Below are positions 48,186-57,680 of a stretch of 64,000 bases of DNA, one piece after another. Location of the stretch: positions 15,904-79,903 of the forward strand of contig CBFIJD010000007.1 of NCBI GenBank assembly GCA_965662845.1, given 5' to 3'. Both the position numbers and the translations under genes were made by a program. Below the pieces are notes generated by a model. That model did no database searches. It saw only the letters and a list, made by a program, of their open reading frames with translations, and was not told where the DNA came from. Each line of letters starts with the position of its first letter. Positions within the stretch are counted from its first letter, which is position 1. Origin of the DNA: an uncultured bacterium. Its GTDB lineage: Bacteria; SAR324; NAC60-12.

Positions 48186-49961
48186 TTGCGCAATCTATGG
48201 CTCTCTATAGCGTTCTGGGCAATCTGTGCGCTCTACAGCCCTGCCCTCGCTGCGACACCAGCTGCGGGAGAGGGACCCGACGGCGCCGAGGTCTTGCAGC
48301 AACTGGAAGAAGAGTTTTTGCGACAACAAGCGGCCGAAGCTGCCGCCGCGTTAGCACAAGCTCGTGCAGCAGCATCCGATGCAGAGGCAGTGCGTTTTTA
48401 CAAAGAGGCTGCTGAGAGAGGAAACGCTGAGGCTCAACTAGAGCTTGGTTTGCTCTATCGGCAACGTCGAGGCATTCAAGAAGAATTTCGTGGCAAAACC
48501 CGCTTTTCGATTGATCCCAAAGCGTTCGACTTTTTGTTCGCAAGCAAGATGGATCAACAAGCCTTTCGCTGGATCAAGGCCGCCGCCGACCAGGACATCG
48601 CCGCCGCTCAATATTATCTCGCACAGTTCTATCAACGCGGCATCGGCGCTCCCCGCGACAGCGAACGCGCCGAAGAGCTGTTTGCGCAGGCTGCAGCAAA
48701 GGGCTTTACCCCAGAAGACGCCGTTGATTTACTGAAAGTTGAGTATGATGGGGTGGTGCAAGTTATCTCCGAACCAGAATTGGAAGTCGCCGAACTCTCC
48801 GAAGTGGAGGCTGCCGAAGTGCAAATCATTAGCACCACTCCCGACAAAACAGAGATCGTCAGCGGCAACTTTACGGTCACCATTAGCGCGTTCAGCCCCC
48901 TCCGCTCCATCGTCATCAACGAACAAACGCAACCACTCGATAATGGCAGCTTCGATGTCACCTATTCTCTGCCCTACGAACTCGAGATTGGAGAAAACTA
49001 TTTTGACCTAGAAGTCGAGACCGAAGCCACCCGCATTGAGCGCGAAATTATTATCTTTCGCGAGACCGAAGCCATCAAAAAACCCACCCCCAAGCCCCCC
49101 TTTCAACTCATCACCATTGTGGGACACACCGAAGACACAAACAGCGGCAGCGCGCCCGACGGCGCAGAAAAAATTCGAGCGCTCAAAAGCAACATGGTGC
49201 TCGTGCCGAGCTACTCCCATTACATCAACTATCGCAACACGTTTGACATCAAAGGGCTCATCACCACAGATCGCCAGTGGATGGAGTCCCAGCGCAGCAA
49301 AGAGATCCTCTTGCGTCAGGTCTCTTTCGAGTGGGTGCGCAAGTATACCGCGCTGGGCGACCTCACGACTGGAGTGGGAACCAACCAACTGGGGCTCCGC
49401 GATGTGCCTGAGACCAGCCCCCTCCGTGACGGCTGGAGCTCAGACTTCCGCAAAGTCTCCGCAGACTCCTTTCTGTTCGGAAAATTCAAGCTCGAGACAG
49501 ACAACGAGGTGACTTGGCAAGGAAAACTAGAGCACAAGTGGAAAAACGCGGAAGGCTCCACAACGGACGATGGCGTGGCAGACAAACTCGAACTCGGGAG
49601 TGATTTCTCCATCAACGATTGGAAATACGGCGGGAAACTCAGCTATACGCTCACAGACATCCAAGATGACAGCAAAGACAAAACCGATCTCAAAGCCTCT
49701 TTCGAGGTGGGCGTCCCCACAAAACCCGTCGCCCTCAAAATCGGGCACGACTGGTCTCAATCTGAAAAACGTCTCGAAAATTCGGACGGTGTACGGCAGA
49801 AAGATCGCAAAAATGTCACGAGCTTAGGGTTCACTTATCCCTATGCCCCGTGGCTCATCATCAATTTTTCCCGCAAGTTAGAACAAGCAACTTCGAACCT
49901 AGCGAACAAAGATTACTGGAAATACCAAACTGCGCTACAGCTCACCGTCATCTACAAATAA
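48186..49961 (+). CDS. Secreted Sel1-repeat (TPR-like) protein with a large C-terminal domain
   Basis: A signal peptide is followed by the Sel1 repeats AAERGNAEAQLELGLLYRQRRG and AADQDIAAAQYYLAQFYQRGIGAPRD...AQAAAKG. The C-terminal roughly 380 aa are beta-rich (alternating hydrophobic positions, ends ...LQLTVIYK). Confidence 0.6.
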   Translation: MRNLWLSIAFWAICALYSPALAATPAAGEGPDGAEVLQQLEEEFLRQQAAEAAAALAQARAAASDAEAVRFYKEAAERGNAEAQLELGLLYRQRRGIQEEFRGKTRFSIDPKAFDFLFASKMDQQAFRWIKAAADQDIAAAQYYLAQFYQRGIGAPRDSERAEELFAQAAAKGFTPEDAVDLLKVEYDGVVQVISEPELEVAELSEVEAAEVQIISTTPDKTEIVSGNFTVTISAFSPLRSIVINEQTQPLDNGSFDVTYSLPYELEIGENYFDLEVETEATRIEREIIIFRETEAIKKPTPKPPFQLITIVGHTEDTNSGSAPDGAEKIRALKSNMVLVPSYSHYINYRNTFDIKGLITTDRQWMESQRSKEILLRQVSFEWVRKYTALGDLTTGVGTNQLGLRDVPETSPLRDGWSSDFRKVSADSFLFGKFKLETDNEVTWQGKLEHKWKNAEGSTTDDGVADKLELGSDFSINDWKYGGKLSYTLTDIQDDSKDKTDLKASFEVGVPTKPVALKIGHDWSQSEKRLENSDGVRQKDRKNVTSLGFTYPYAPWLIINFSRKLEQATSNLANKDYWKYQTALQLTVIYK

Positions 49962-49980
49962 AGTTTCCACAGGACTCCCT

Positions 49981-51012
49981 ATGCCGTTTTTTCAAAACAC
50001 ACAGACTTGGTTCTTCACGCTGCTCTTCAGTCTGGTGTTCTGCTCCATGCTCGCCCCCGCGCAAGCGCAGCAGCGCGGACAACTCGTCCTCGACCAAGGG
50101 CTCGTGAAAGTCAGCAACGGCAGCCGCGTTCGCATCTACAACGAACCAGGCACCACCGTGCTCATCGAAGTGGGAGATCAAATTCACACGGCTCGCGACT
50201 CGCAAGTGCGACTGGTCCTTAGCAGCGGAGATGAAATTGTGAGCTTGGGAGCCAACACGGTCTTTCAAGTGGACGCAGCAACCGCAGAGGATAGCAGCAC
50301 CCGCCTGCTAACAGGCGATCTTAAATTTGAAATCAACCCCAATCGCCCACTCGTGAATGGCAAAAAGCGCCAGTTTAAGATCCGCACCGTCACCGCCGTT
50401 GTAGGGGTCCGAGGCTCCGAAGGCGATGTCGGGTTCGATCCCTCCACAGGAGAGACCTCCGTCGTAGCGGCCGCTGGAGACATTTATGTGGTTCCCCCCG
50501 AACTGGAAGGAGACACGCTCGCCGAAATTTCGATTCCACCTGGGCAAGACGTGAGCTTGACCCAAGAATCGATCAAGCTACCCGGCGCTGACAAACCCGT
50601 CTCTAAAGAGGAAGCCGTCGCTCAGACACGCGAATCGAACAAACAAAAACAAGAAGAACCGCAACCGCAAAGCGAACCACAAGCCGGCGATGGCGCGCAA
50701 GCTCAACCGCAGCAAGAGAGCGGTGGAGAATCATCAGCGCCTCCCGCTGAAGGGAGTGGAGAGGCCGCCCCAGCATCAGATGAAGCCCCAGCTGCAGATG
50801 CTCCGGCCCCGATCGAAGAACCAGAAGCGGTCGAGGTCGAAGCCGTCGAAATCGAAGAAGTCGAACTCCCCGACCTCACCGAGATTGAAGAACTGGCTGC
50901 AGAAGCTGAAGAGGCCGCCGACGAAGCTCTCGACGCCGTAGAAGAGGCCATCGACGAAGACCTCATCGAGAGTATCCGCGAGATCAACATCGAGCTGAAC
51001 TATACGGAGTAG
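49981..51012 (+). CDS. Secreted FecR-domain protein with an acidic low-complexity C-terminal tail
   Basis: A signal peptide is followed by the FecR-like beta-sandwich pattern GQLVLDQGLVKVSNGSRVRIYNEPGTTVLIEVGD...VFQV...LTGDLKFEINP...KIRTVTAVVGVRGSEGDV. The last roughly 130 aa are E/A/P-rich (EEPEAVEVEAVEIEEVELP...). Confidence 0.55.
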   Translation: MPFFQNTQTWFFTLLFSLVFCSMLAPAQAQQRGQLVLDQGLVKVSNGSRVRIYNEPGTTVLIEVGDQIHTARDSQVRLVLSSGDEIVSLGANTVFQVDAATAEDSSTRLLTGDLKFEINPNRPLVNGKKRQFKIRTVTAVVGVRGSEGDVGFDPSTGETSVVAAAGDIYVVPPELEGDTLAEISIPPGQDVSLTQESIKLPGADKPVSKEEAVAQTRESNKQKQEEPQPQSEPQAGDGAQAQPQQESGGESSAPPAEGSGEAAPASDEAPAADAPAPIEEPEAVEVEAVEIEEVELPDLTEIEELAAEAEEAADEALDAVEEAIDEDLIESIREINIELNYTE

Positions 51013-51013
51013 C

Positions 51014-52213
51014 TTGGACCCTGCCTCTATTCCGCTCTCCAGCGAGAGTGTCGAGAGACTGCTGGAGAGCAAATTGCGCTCAGAGCTCGCCTCCTTACGG
51101 CGGTCTTCTCCTCTCGACCTCCCTGATTTGCACATGGAAGAATCCTTCCACGACTCCTCTTGGCAAGTCACGATCACCGAAATGGCGGAGTTGCTGCGGC
51201 GGCTGCATCTGATGTTTTCTCTCTCCTCAGAAGTGATCGCCCAGATGGCCGCTTATCCCTTTTTGCGTTTTTGGACGCAATCGGTTCGAGAACAGCTTCA
51301 CGCGACGCGAGACTTACAGTTCCAAACCTCTGGCAGCACCGGACACCCTAAGTTTCAGCAGCACACGTGGGCTGCGCTAGGGCAAGAAGTTGACTTTCTC
51401 ACCACGTTGTTTCCTGCCACCAAACGCATTGTGCGAGCGGTGCCTTGTCACCACATCTATGGGTTCCTCTTCACCCTGTTGCTGCCACAACGGCTGGCGG
51501 TGCCGACCGTCGAAGCGCGAACATGGAGCCCCAGCAAGCTGCAGCAAGCCCTTCAGCCAGGCGATCTGCTCGTTTCACATCCTCTGCACTGGCAGAGTTT
51601 CCAGCGCTCGGTGATGACCGTACCCGCTGGGGTCACCGGAGTGACCTCGACCGCGCCCTTTTCCTCTGCAACTTGGCAGCAACTTCAGCAACAAGGTCTG
51701 CAGCAAATCGTGGAAGTGTATGGCTCCACGGAGACCGCCGGCGTCGCGTGGCGGGAACAACCTGAGGACTGGTTCACGCTCTTTCCCTACTGGAATTGGG
51801 ATCCTTCTGCTAACGTGCCGACGTTGCGTCGCGCGGAGGAAGCCGCTGCGTTTCCGTTGATGGACCAAATCGAGCTGCACCCGCAGGACCACCGCCGCTT
51901 TCGTCCGCTCCGGCGCAGAGATGAAGCTGTGCAGGTCGCTGGACACAACGTCTTTCCGAGTCACATCGCGGATCGTCTCAGAGAGCATTCACTGGTGGAA
52001 GACTGCGCCGTCCGCTTGATGCGCCCAGACGAAGGCAGCCGCCTCAAAGCGTTTGTCGTCGGCACCGGCAATCGCGTCTTGGAACCTGCCGAGCAGCAGT
52101 CTCTGCGCGCGTGGATCGCGTCTCAACTCCCAGCCCCGCAACAACCCAAATCCCTGCGTTTTGGCTCGGAACTTCCCCGCAACGACGCCGGCAAACTCAC
52201 CGACTGGACATGA
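51014..52213 (+). CDS. Compact adenylate-forming enzyme (AMP-dependent CoA ligase, about 399 aa, p-coumaroyl-CoA ligase-like)
   Basis: The AMP-binding core is FQTSGSTGHPKFQQHTW, followed by YGSTETAG and a C-terminal ...ELPRNDAGKLTDW Lys motif. It lacks the roughly 150-aa N-terminal extension of FadD-type ligases. It begins 2 nt after the FecR-like gene's stop. Confidence 0.65.
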   Translation: MDPASIPLSSESVERLLESKLRSELASLRRSSPLDLPDLHMEESFHDSSWQVTITEMAELLRRLHLMFSLSSEVIAQMAAYPFLRFWTQSVREQLHATRDLQFQTSGSTGHPKFQQHTWAALGQEVDFLTTLFPATKRIVRAVPCHHIYGFLFTLLLPQRLAVPTVEARTWSPSKLQQALQPGDLLVSHPLHWQSFQRSVMTVPAGVTGVTSTAPFSSATWQQLQQQGLQQIVEVYGSTETAGVAWREQPEDWFTLFPYWNWDPSANVPTLRRAEEAAAFPLMDQIELHPQDHRRFRPLRRRDEAVQVAGHNVFPSHIADRLREHSLVEDCAVRLMRPDEGSRLKAFVVGTGNRVLEPAEQQSLRAWIASQLPAPQQPKSLRFGSELPRNDAGKLTDWT

Positions 52214-53790
52214 CCCCCATCTCTCTTCAAATCGCCGACCAGCTGCCCATCGCGCAAGTGCGGAATTGGCTCTGGAACCCGCCACAACTGCAACTCTCTG
52301 CTGAAGCGGCCGACCAACTCCGTCAGGCTGAAGCCTTTCTGAACCGACAAATTCAGGCCCGCAAGCTGATTTATGGGGTGACGACCGGCTACGGCCCGCT
52401 GGCCTCCGAATATCTGGAGCCCGCGCTCAGCACCGAGTTGCAACGACGCCTGATCTACCACCTCGCGAGTGGCGTCGGAGAGCCCTTCTCACCAGAAGAA
52501 TCCCGCGCCATTTTGTTGGCCCGCTTGCAAAACTTGTTGCAAGGGCACTCCGCCGTGCGTGTGGAGGTCGTGGAGCAAATGATCGCCTGCTGGAACCAAG
52601 GCCTGCTGCCGGTCATGCCAGAGCTAGGAACCGTCGGGGCGAGCGGAGACCTCACCCCGCTGGCCCACTTGGCGCTGGCGTTGATGGGCGAAGGCGAGTT
52701 TTGGGAGAACGCCCACCGCATCTCTGCGCGGGAAGCGCTCGCCGACTACGGTCGCACCCCGCTGGAACTCCACGCTAAAGACGGACTGGCGCTGGTGAAT
52801 GGTACTTCCGCGATGACGGGTCTCTCCCTATGGAACTCGGCTTGGTTCCATCGGGCGCTGGATTGGGCGCTACGGCTCTCGTTTGCCTATGCAGAGATCT
52901 ATCGCGCTCGCCGCGAAGCCTTCTCGCCGCGTGTCGGGGAAGCCCGCCGGCACCCAGGACAAGTGGCGATCCATCAGCAGCTATGGAGCTGGGCCCAGCA
53001 GAGCCAGCGACTGCAACCATACGCCGGAAAGGTCGCCAACCTGCCGCGCGCAGACACTCCGACAGATGGCATCTGGCACGCACAAGCGCTCCTGCAAGAT
53101 CCCTATTCGATTCGCTGCTTGCCGCAAATTTTTGGCGCCATCACAGATGTGCTGGCGTTTCACGACACGACAGTAGAGCGCGAGTTCAACGCGACGACAG
53201 ACAACCCGCTGGTTTTTGCGGAAGGCGAAGAGATCTTGCACGCGGGCAACTTTTACGGACAACACGTCGCGTTTGCCGCAGATGCGCTCTGCAACGCGGT
53301 GCTGAAGTTGGCAATTCTGGCCGAACGACAAGTCGCTCGCATCACAGATGTCCAGCTCAGCCCGCCCGAGCTACCAGCTTTCTTGCAACCACATCGGCTG
53401 GGATTGAACAGCGGCTTTATGGGCGCGCAAGTCACGGCGACGGCGTTGGTCGCGGAGCTGCGCACGCACGCGATCCCAGCGTCCGTCCAAAGTGTCGCGA
53501 CCAACGCGAACAATCAGGACGTCGTGAGTATGGGGACGATCGCCGCGCGCAAGGTCGCGCGGTTGCGTCCACGGGTCTTTGAGCTGCTGGCGGTGGAAGC
53601 GCTCGTGCTGGCGCAAGCCTTAGAGTTGTGCGGGGTTGAGAAAACGTCGGCGGGCTTCAGCCCTGTGAGTCAGCAGATTTGGGAGGTGGTGCGTCAAGAG
53701 TCGGAGTTTCTGAGGGAAGATCGCCCGCTAGCGCCGGATCTCCAACGCGTTGCGGGGCGATTACAAAACACTGCTGCGAGTGAGGCGTAG
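52210..53790 (+). CDS. Aromatic amino-acid ammonia-lyase (MIO-dependent, HAL/PAL/TAL family), with the tyrosine ammonia-lyase-type His-Leu selectivity switch
   Basis: The MIO-forming triad sits in GTVGASGDLTPLAHLA (Ala-Ser-Gly). The selectivity position reads RLIYHLASGVGEP, i.e. H-L before the xSGVG block; my recollection is that HAL has S-H and PAL has F-L there. The start overlaps the ligase stop as ATGA. 526 aa. Confidence 0.7.
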   Translation: MTPISLQIADQLPIAQVRNWLWNPPQLQLSAEAADQLRQAEAFLNRQIQARKLIYGVTTGYGPLASEYLEPALSTELQRRLIYHLASGVGEPFSPEESRAILLARLQNLLQGHSAVRVEVVEQMIACWNQGLLPVMPELGTVGASGDLTPLAHLALALMGEGEFWENAHRISAREALADYGRTPLELHAKDGLALVNGTSAMTGLSLWNSAWFHRALDWALRLSFAYAEIYRARREAFSPRVGEARRHPGQVAIHQQLWSWAQQSQRLQPYAGKVANLPRADTPTDGIWHAQALLQDPYSIRCLPQIFGAITDVLAFHDTTVEREFNATTDNPLVFAEGEEILHAGNFYGQHVAFAADALCNAVLKLAILAERQVARITDVQLSPPELPAFLQPHRLGLNSGFMGAQVTATALVAELRTHAIPASVQSVATNANNQDVVSMGTIAARKVARLRPRVFELLAVEALVLAQALELCGVEKTSAGFSPVSQQIWEVVRQESEFLREDRPLAPDLQRVAGRLQNTAASEA

Positions 53791-53800
53791 CGGGGAGACG

Positions 53801-54436
53801 TTAGCGATTCGGCTGCGGAGTAAAACGTAAGTACGGTTTGATCTCCGTGAAACCTTTGGGGAATTTGTCAGCGGCTTCGCTGTTGCTCAAGGACGGAACA
53901 ACGATGCAGTCATCGCCATTTTGCCAGTCTGCTGGAGTCGCGACCGCGTGTTGATCTGTGAGCTGTAGCGAGTCGATTACGCGTAAGATCTCGGCGAAGT
54001 TGCGCCCTGTAGAAGCCGGGTATGTCATCGTCAGACGCACTTTCTTCGCTGGGTCAATGATGAAAACGGAGCGAACGGTCAGTGTGCTGTTGGCGTTCGG
54101 ATGAATCATGCTATACAAATTCGCGATGTGCCGGTCAGGGTCGGCGATGATGGGATAGTTCATCTCTGTCGCCTGCGTTTCGTTGATGTCTTTGACCCAG
54201 CCTTCGTGTTCATCTAAAGAATCCACGCTAATCGCAAGCATCTTCACATTCCGCTGTTCAAACTCTCTCCGCAGCTTTGCGGCTGTACCCAATTCGGTGG
54301 TGCAAACCGGTGTGTAGTCTTTGGGGTGCGAAAATAAAATTCCCCAGCTGTTCCCCAGCCACTCGTGAAATCTCAATTCTCCGAAGGTTGTCTGCGCGCT
54401 AAAGTCGGGGGCTGTGTCGCCAAGTTGCATCGTCAT
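53801..54436 (-). CDS. 1-Cys peroxiredoxin (Prx6-like)
   Basis: Contains LGDTAPDFSAQTTFGELRFHEWLGNSWGILFSHPKDYTPVCTTELG, the PVCTTE peroxidatic Cys motif. The track ORF starts at 54472. Confidence 0.85.
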   Translation of the reverse strand: MTMQLGDTAPDFSAQTTFGELRFHEWLGNSWGILFSHPKDYTPVCTTELGTAAKLRREFEQRNVKMLAISVDSLDEHEGWVKDINETQATEMNYPIIADPDRHIANLYSMIHPNANSTLTVRSVFIIDPAKKVRLTMTYPASTGRNFAEILRVIDSLQLTDQHAVATPADWQNGDDCIVVPSLSNSEAADKFPKGFTEIKPYLRFTPQPNR

Positions 54437-54535
54437 TCCTGCTCCTGAGTGGTTGGGGTTGGTGTGGCTCATGCTCTGCTGAGCCGAGGGATAGTCTGCA
54501 TGATCAAGGGAACGCGAGCCGGCGATGGCAGGCTG

Positions 54536-55300
54536 TCATGTCGCCTGAATTTTGATCAACGCGTGGCTTCGAGGCTCTCTGCCCAAGTGATAACGCAGAT
54601 AGATTAACATGGCTTTGTGCAGCTCGCGCAAGTTCAAAAGCGTCGGCGTGAGTGAGAGTTCGGGGCGCTCTGCGAGTTGGCGCAACAATGCGACAGAGCC
54701 GGCCGAGAGCCAAGAGGCATCGTTGTGCGGCTCCGTGTGTTGGGGGCTGCGCACTCCGCCCAAGCGGGCATCCAGTTGATAAAATGTCTTTTCGGGGACG
54801 TTCACTTCTGGTGGCAGCGCTTGACCGCTGATGAGGCACTGCCTCACGTCAGGCTGCACTCCCAAGATCTCTAAGAATTCCCACTCGTAGCGCAGCTTCT
54901 GCGCTGGGTCGGCGGGGTGTTTTTGCAACGCGCGCAAGATGTTGAGTAACCAGTCAAAACACCGCTGCGCGTCGTCGGGTGGGATCTCTGCCAGCAGGAG
55001 CAGCTCGGCGAAGTAGCTAGCGTGTAGAAACCGCGGATACTCGCGCCGAATCGCAGGGAAGGCTTCTAGGCTCTCGCAGTGTTGCACGCGCACCATCTCA
55101 CTCTGGCGGCGTTCTGTGAACTCGACTCGCGCGAGAATCAGAGGTTCAGAGCCGGCGCGGCTGGCGGATTTCAAGCTCTTCGCGCCGTGGACAATGCCGG
55201 AGCGTTTGCCGTAAGTCTGCGTTAGAAACGTGAGGATGCGGTCGCGCTCGCGATAGTCGACGGGGCGTAAAATGAGGGCTTCTTCGCTGAAGGATGACAC
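54536..55300 (-). CDS. recO: DNA repair protein RecO
   Basis: The N-terminal OB-fold pattern is EALILRPVDYRERDRILTFLTQTYGKRSGIVHGAKS. The protein is 254 aa. Confidence 0.75.
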   Translation of the reverse strand: MSSFSEEALILRPVDYRERDRILTFLTQTYGKRSGIVHGAKSLKSASRAGSEPLILARVEFTERRQSEMVRVQHCESLEAFPAIRREYPRFLHASYFAELLLLAEIPPDDAQRCFDWLLNILRALQKHPADPAQKLRYEWEFLEILGVQPDVRQCLISGQALPPEVNVPEKTFYQLDARLGGVRSPQHTEPHNDASWLSAGSVALLRQLAERPELSLTPTLLNLRELHKAMLIYLRYHLGREPRSHALIKIQAT

Positions 55301-55302
55301 GC

Positions 55303-56319
55303 TCAGTTGCGGCTGATCGCGACTGGCTCTGTTCGCACTTTCAGACCATTCGCAGCGCCTTTGAGGGGAGATACAATCAGGCGCTCTCCCTCTTCTAAGC
55401 CTGCGGCCAGAAAGACTTCGTCATCTTCCACTCGCAACACATCCACTGGGCGAATCTCCAAAAGGTCTTGTTGTGCGACCCAAACAGTGTTGGCGTCGCG
55501 CAAAGCCGTCGCTGGAATCACAATCACATTTTCCAGTCGTCGCGCTGGAATCAAGACATCGACAAAGGTCCCCATAAAGAGCGGCAGAGCGCCGTTGTCT
55601 CCAAAACGGTTCAAATGAAAGGGATCGTTCACGGTCAACACAAGCTGCGTCATCAGCCCCTGCGGGGTCACTTCAGGCAGAAAGCGCTGCACAGAGGCAT
55701 CCCAAATGCCGATCCGCTCGCCATACCGGAGCCGAACGGTCGCGGACATGCGCAGGCTGTCTGCGTTCGGATCAAACCCCAACCACTCCAAATCCTGCAT
55801 AGGCAAATCGACCACCACCTCGGCTTGGTCGCTGCCAACCAGCACTCCTAATTGGGCGCCTGGCGACACAAATTGCCCCAGGTCCACGGCTCGCTCTTGC
55901 AAGACGGCATGGAAGGGGGCTCGCAGCGCGGTGTAGTCCAGATTGCCGCCATTCATTGGTTGCAGCGTCACGAGCAAATCGCCTTCTTTGACAAAAGCGC
56001 CTTCGCGGAGTTGGGGGCTAATCCAGTTCACAATTCCGGAGATTTGCGGTGTGAGCAGCACTCGCTGCGCCGGTTGCACCCGGCCGTTTAGCTCCAGTTG
56101 AACTTGTCGCGTCGTGCGCATCACCGTGACGGTCTCGACAAGTTTGCCTTCGTAGGGCTGGGCTTTCTTCTCAGCTTCAGGGCTTGTGAAGACCAGCCCC
56201 GCCGTCGCCGCGCTGCCGAGCAATAAAATGAAAATGGGGAGCCAGAGTTTCAGGTTCGTCAGCCACGACCAGCGAGTCGGACGACGAAGGAGGTTTTGAG
56301 GGCGCATCAGTCGGGACAA
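55303..56319 (-). CDS. Efflux transporter periplasmic adaptor (membrane-fusion protein, HlyD/RND-MFP family). It is solitary: no pump gene is adjacent.
   Basis: An N-terminal TM anchor is followed by the biotinyl/lipoyl-like hairpin region ...LTPQISGIVNWISPQLREGAFVKEGDLLVTLQP and beta-barrel domain patterns. Confidence 0.6.
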   Translation of the reverse strand: MSRLMRPQNLLRRPTRWSWLTNLKLWLPIFILLLGSAATAGLVFTSPEAEKKAQPYEGKLVETVTVMRTTRQVQLELNGRVQPAQRVLLTPQISGIVNWISPQLREGAFVKEGDLLVTLQPMNGGNLDYTALRAPFHAVLQERAVDLGQFVSPGAQLGVLVGSDQAEVVVDLPMQDLEWLGFDPNADSLRMSATVRLRYGERIGIWDASVQRFLPEVTPQGLMTQLVLTVNDPFHLNRFGDNGALPLFMGTFVDVLIPARRLENVIVIPATALRDANTVWVAQQDLLEIRPVDVLRVEDDEVFLAAGLEEGERLIVSPLKGAANGLKVRTEPVAISRN

Positions 56320-56825
56320 TAATACTGGTGGATCGGTTGGTCGTCAGGCAGGGCTTGCAACGGAATCCATTCGCGGCGCGTGTCCCGCAGAAACTCGACG
56401 AGGGTTTCGGGCATTTTTTCATTGCGTCCAATCAGCGTCAATGTCTGATCTGAACAATTATACAGTCGCAGTTGATGGTTCCATCCATCGTCGATTTGAA
56501 TGGTGCTCAGCCCCGCGAGGACAATCTTGGGGGCATTCGCTGGGGTGGGAAACGTTCGCGTGAGGGCCGACTGATCATACACCAGCAGGGTCGTCGGAGG
56601 TGCAAGCCAGTGAGCAGGGTTGTAAAAGTCTCCATCTCGGACAGAGTAGATCTCGACCAAAGTCGCGGGGCCGTTCTGCCCCTGTCGCACCTGCTCCCGA
56701 ATGCGGTCAGCCCACTGGTATCCTGTGGCGATAGTGTACGTCCATCCAAGGATAATCAGAAGCAGTATGACCCACGCGGTCGTGCGGGTGTTGAGACGGT
56801 GTAACCAGTGGATGAAAGAAGACAT
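56307..56825 (-). CDS. Hypothetical membrane-anchored protein (172 aa)
   Basis: It has an N-terminal TM helix (AWVILLLIILGWTYTIA). It overlaps the MFP gene start by 13 nt. I recognise no domain. Confidence 0.4.
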   Translation of the reverse strand: MSSFIHWLHRLNTRTTAWVILLLIILGWTYTIATGYQWADRIREQVRQGQNGPATLVEIYSVRDGDFYNPAHWLAPPTTLLVYDQSALTRTFPTPANAPKIVLAGLSTIQIDDGWNHQLRLYNCSDQTLTLIGRNEKMPETLVEFLRDTRREWIPLQALPDDQPIHQYYCPD

Positions 56826-56900
56826 CGTTCGCGCGCTAAAAAATCACTTGGGAAACGCGCGAGGATAGCGGCGCTGGCTGGGAAGGCAAGGGGAATTTGT

Positions 56901-57680
56901 TCAGAAGCGGTAAGTCACGAAGAGATTGAGGGTTTGGCTCAGGCGTGCTTTGCCTGTTGTGCTTGGATAGCGGATGTCAATCCCGCTCTCCGGAAAGCCG
57001 AATAAGGAGAGGTCATACCAGCCGAGCTCGCCGCCCACAAAAAGCTCTTCGCTGATCAAGAACGAGACGGGGATTTCTAGGCCGTTCAGCGATGGCTGCG
57101 CGCTCACGCTGTCAACTTGATCGGACAGGTGGCCGGTTCCCCAAATGCCCAGCACCAGCTCGGGAGTCAATTGTAACGTCGGTGAGTCAATGAGCAGCCA
57201 CCCCGCCGTGATCGCGAGAGACTGCTGGGTGTAGCGAATTTCGTCTGCGGCATTGTAAGAGCCAGCCATGTCGGCGAACAGCCATTCGGCTCCCAAGGTA
57301 TAGCCTGCGTATTCGACCCAATGGTAGTGCACAACAAGCGACGATCCGCTCAAATCAAACGTGTTCCCGTGCTTCTCATAGCTCCCGGCAGCCGCGCCGA
57401 CGCCAACACTCACCTGCTGTCGGAAGCCGAGTTCTGCTGTTGGCGCGCTTGCGATGACCTCCGCTTCGTCAGCGCCGACTTCCTCTGCGAACGTCTCCGG
57501 TTCTGGGGCAGGGGGGGCTTCTGGCAACAGCTCGCTCTCTTCGCACGTGTAAGCAATGACATCGTCCGCCAGACCCAGCCGTTCCATCTCGGCGATCTCT
57601 TCTGACGTACAGGCGCCCCATGTGCTCCCAGCCCACAACATTGCGGTCAACACCGCGCTCCATCGCTTCCAGTGCTTCAT
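56901..57680 (-). CDS. Outer-membrane beta-barrel protein
   Basis: The signal peptide MKHWKRWSAVLTAMLWAGSTWGA is followed by alternating amphipathic beta-strands. The C-terminus is ...LNLFVTYRF, ending in the aromatic residue typical of outer-membrane beta-barrels. Confidence 0.6.
   Translation of the reverse strand: MKHWKRWSAVLTAMLWAGSTWGACTSEEIAEMERLGLADDVIAYTCEESELLPEAPPAPEPETFAEEVGADEAEVIASAPTAELGFRQQVSVGVGAAAGSYEKHGNTFDLSGSSLVVHYHWVEYAGYTLGAEWLFADMAGSYNAADEIRYTQQSLAITAGWLLIDSPTLQLTPELVLGIWGTGHLSDQVDSVSAQPSLNGLEIPVSFLISEELFVGGELGWYDLSLFGFPESGIDIRYPSTTGKARLSQTLNLFVTYRF

Noticed and set aside
52830-53582. 250-aa plus-strand alternative-frame ORF inside the ammonia-lyase gene
   Set aside because: It is an overlapping out-of-frame translation, Arg/Ala-rich. 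The MIO-lyase frame is continuous and motif-supported.
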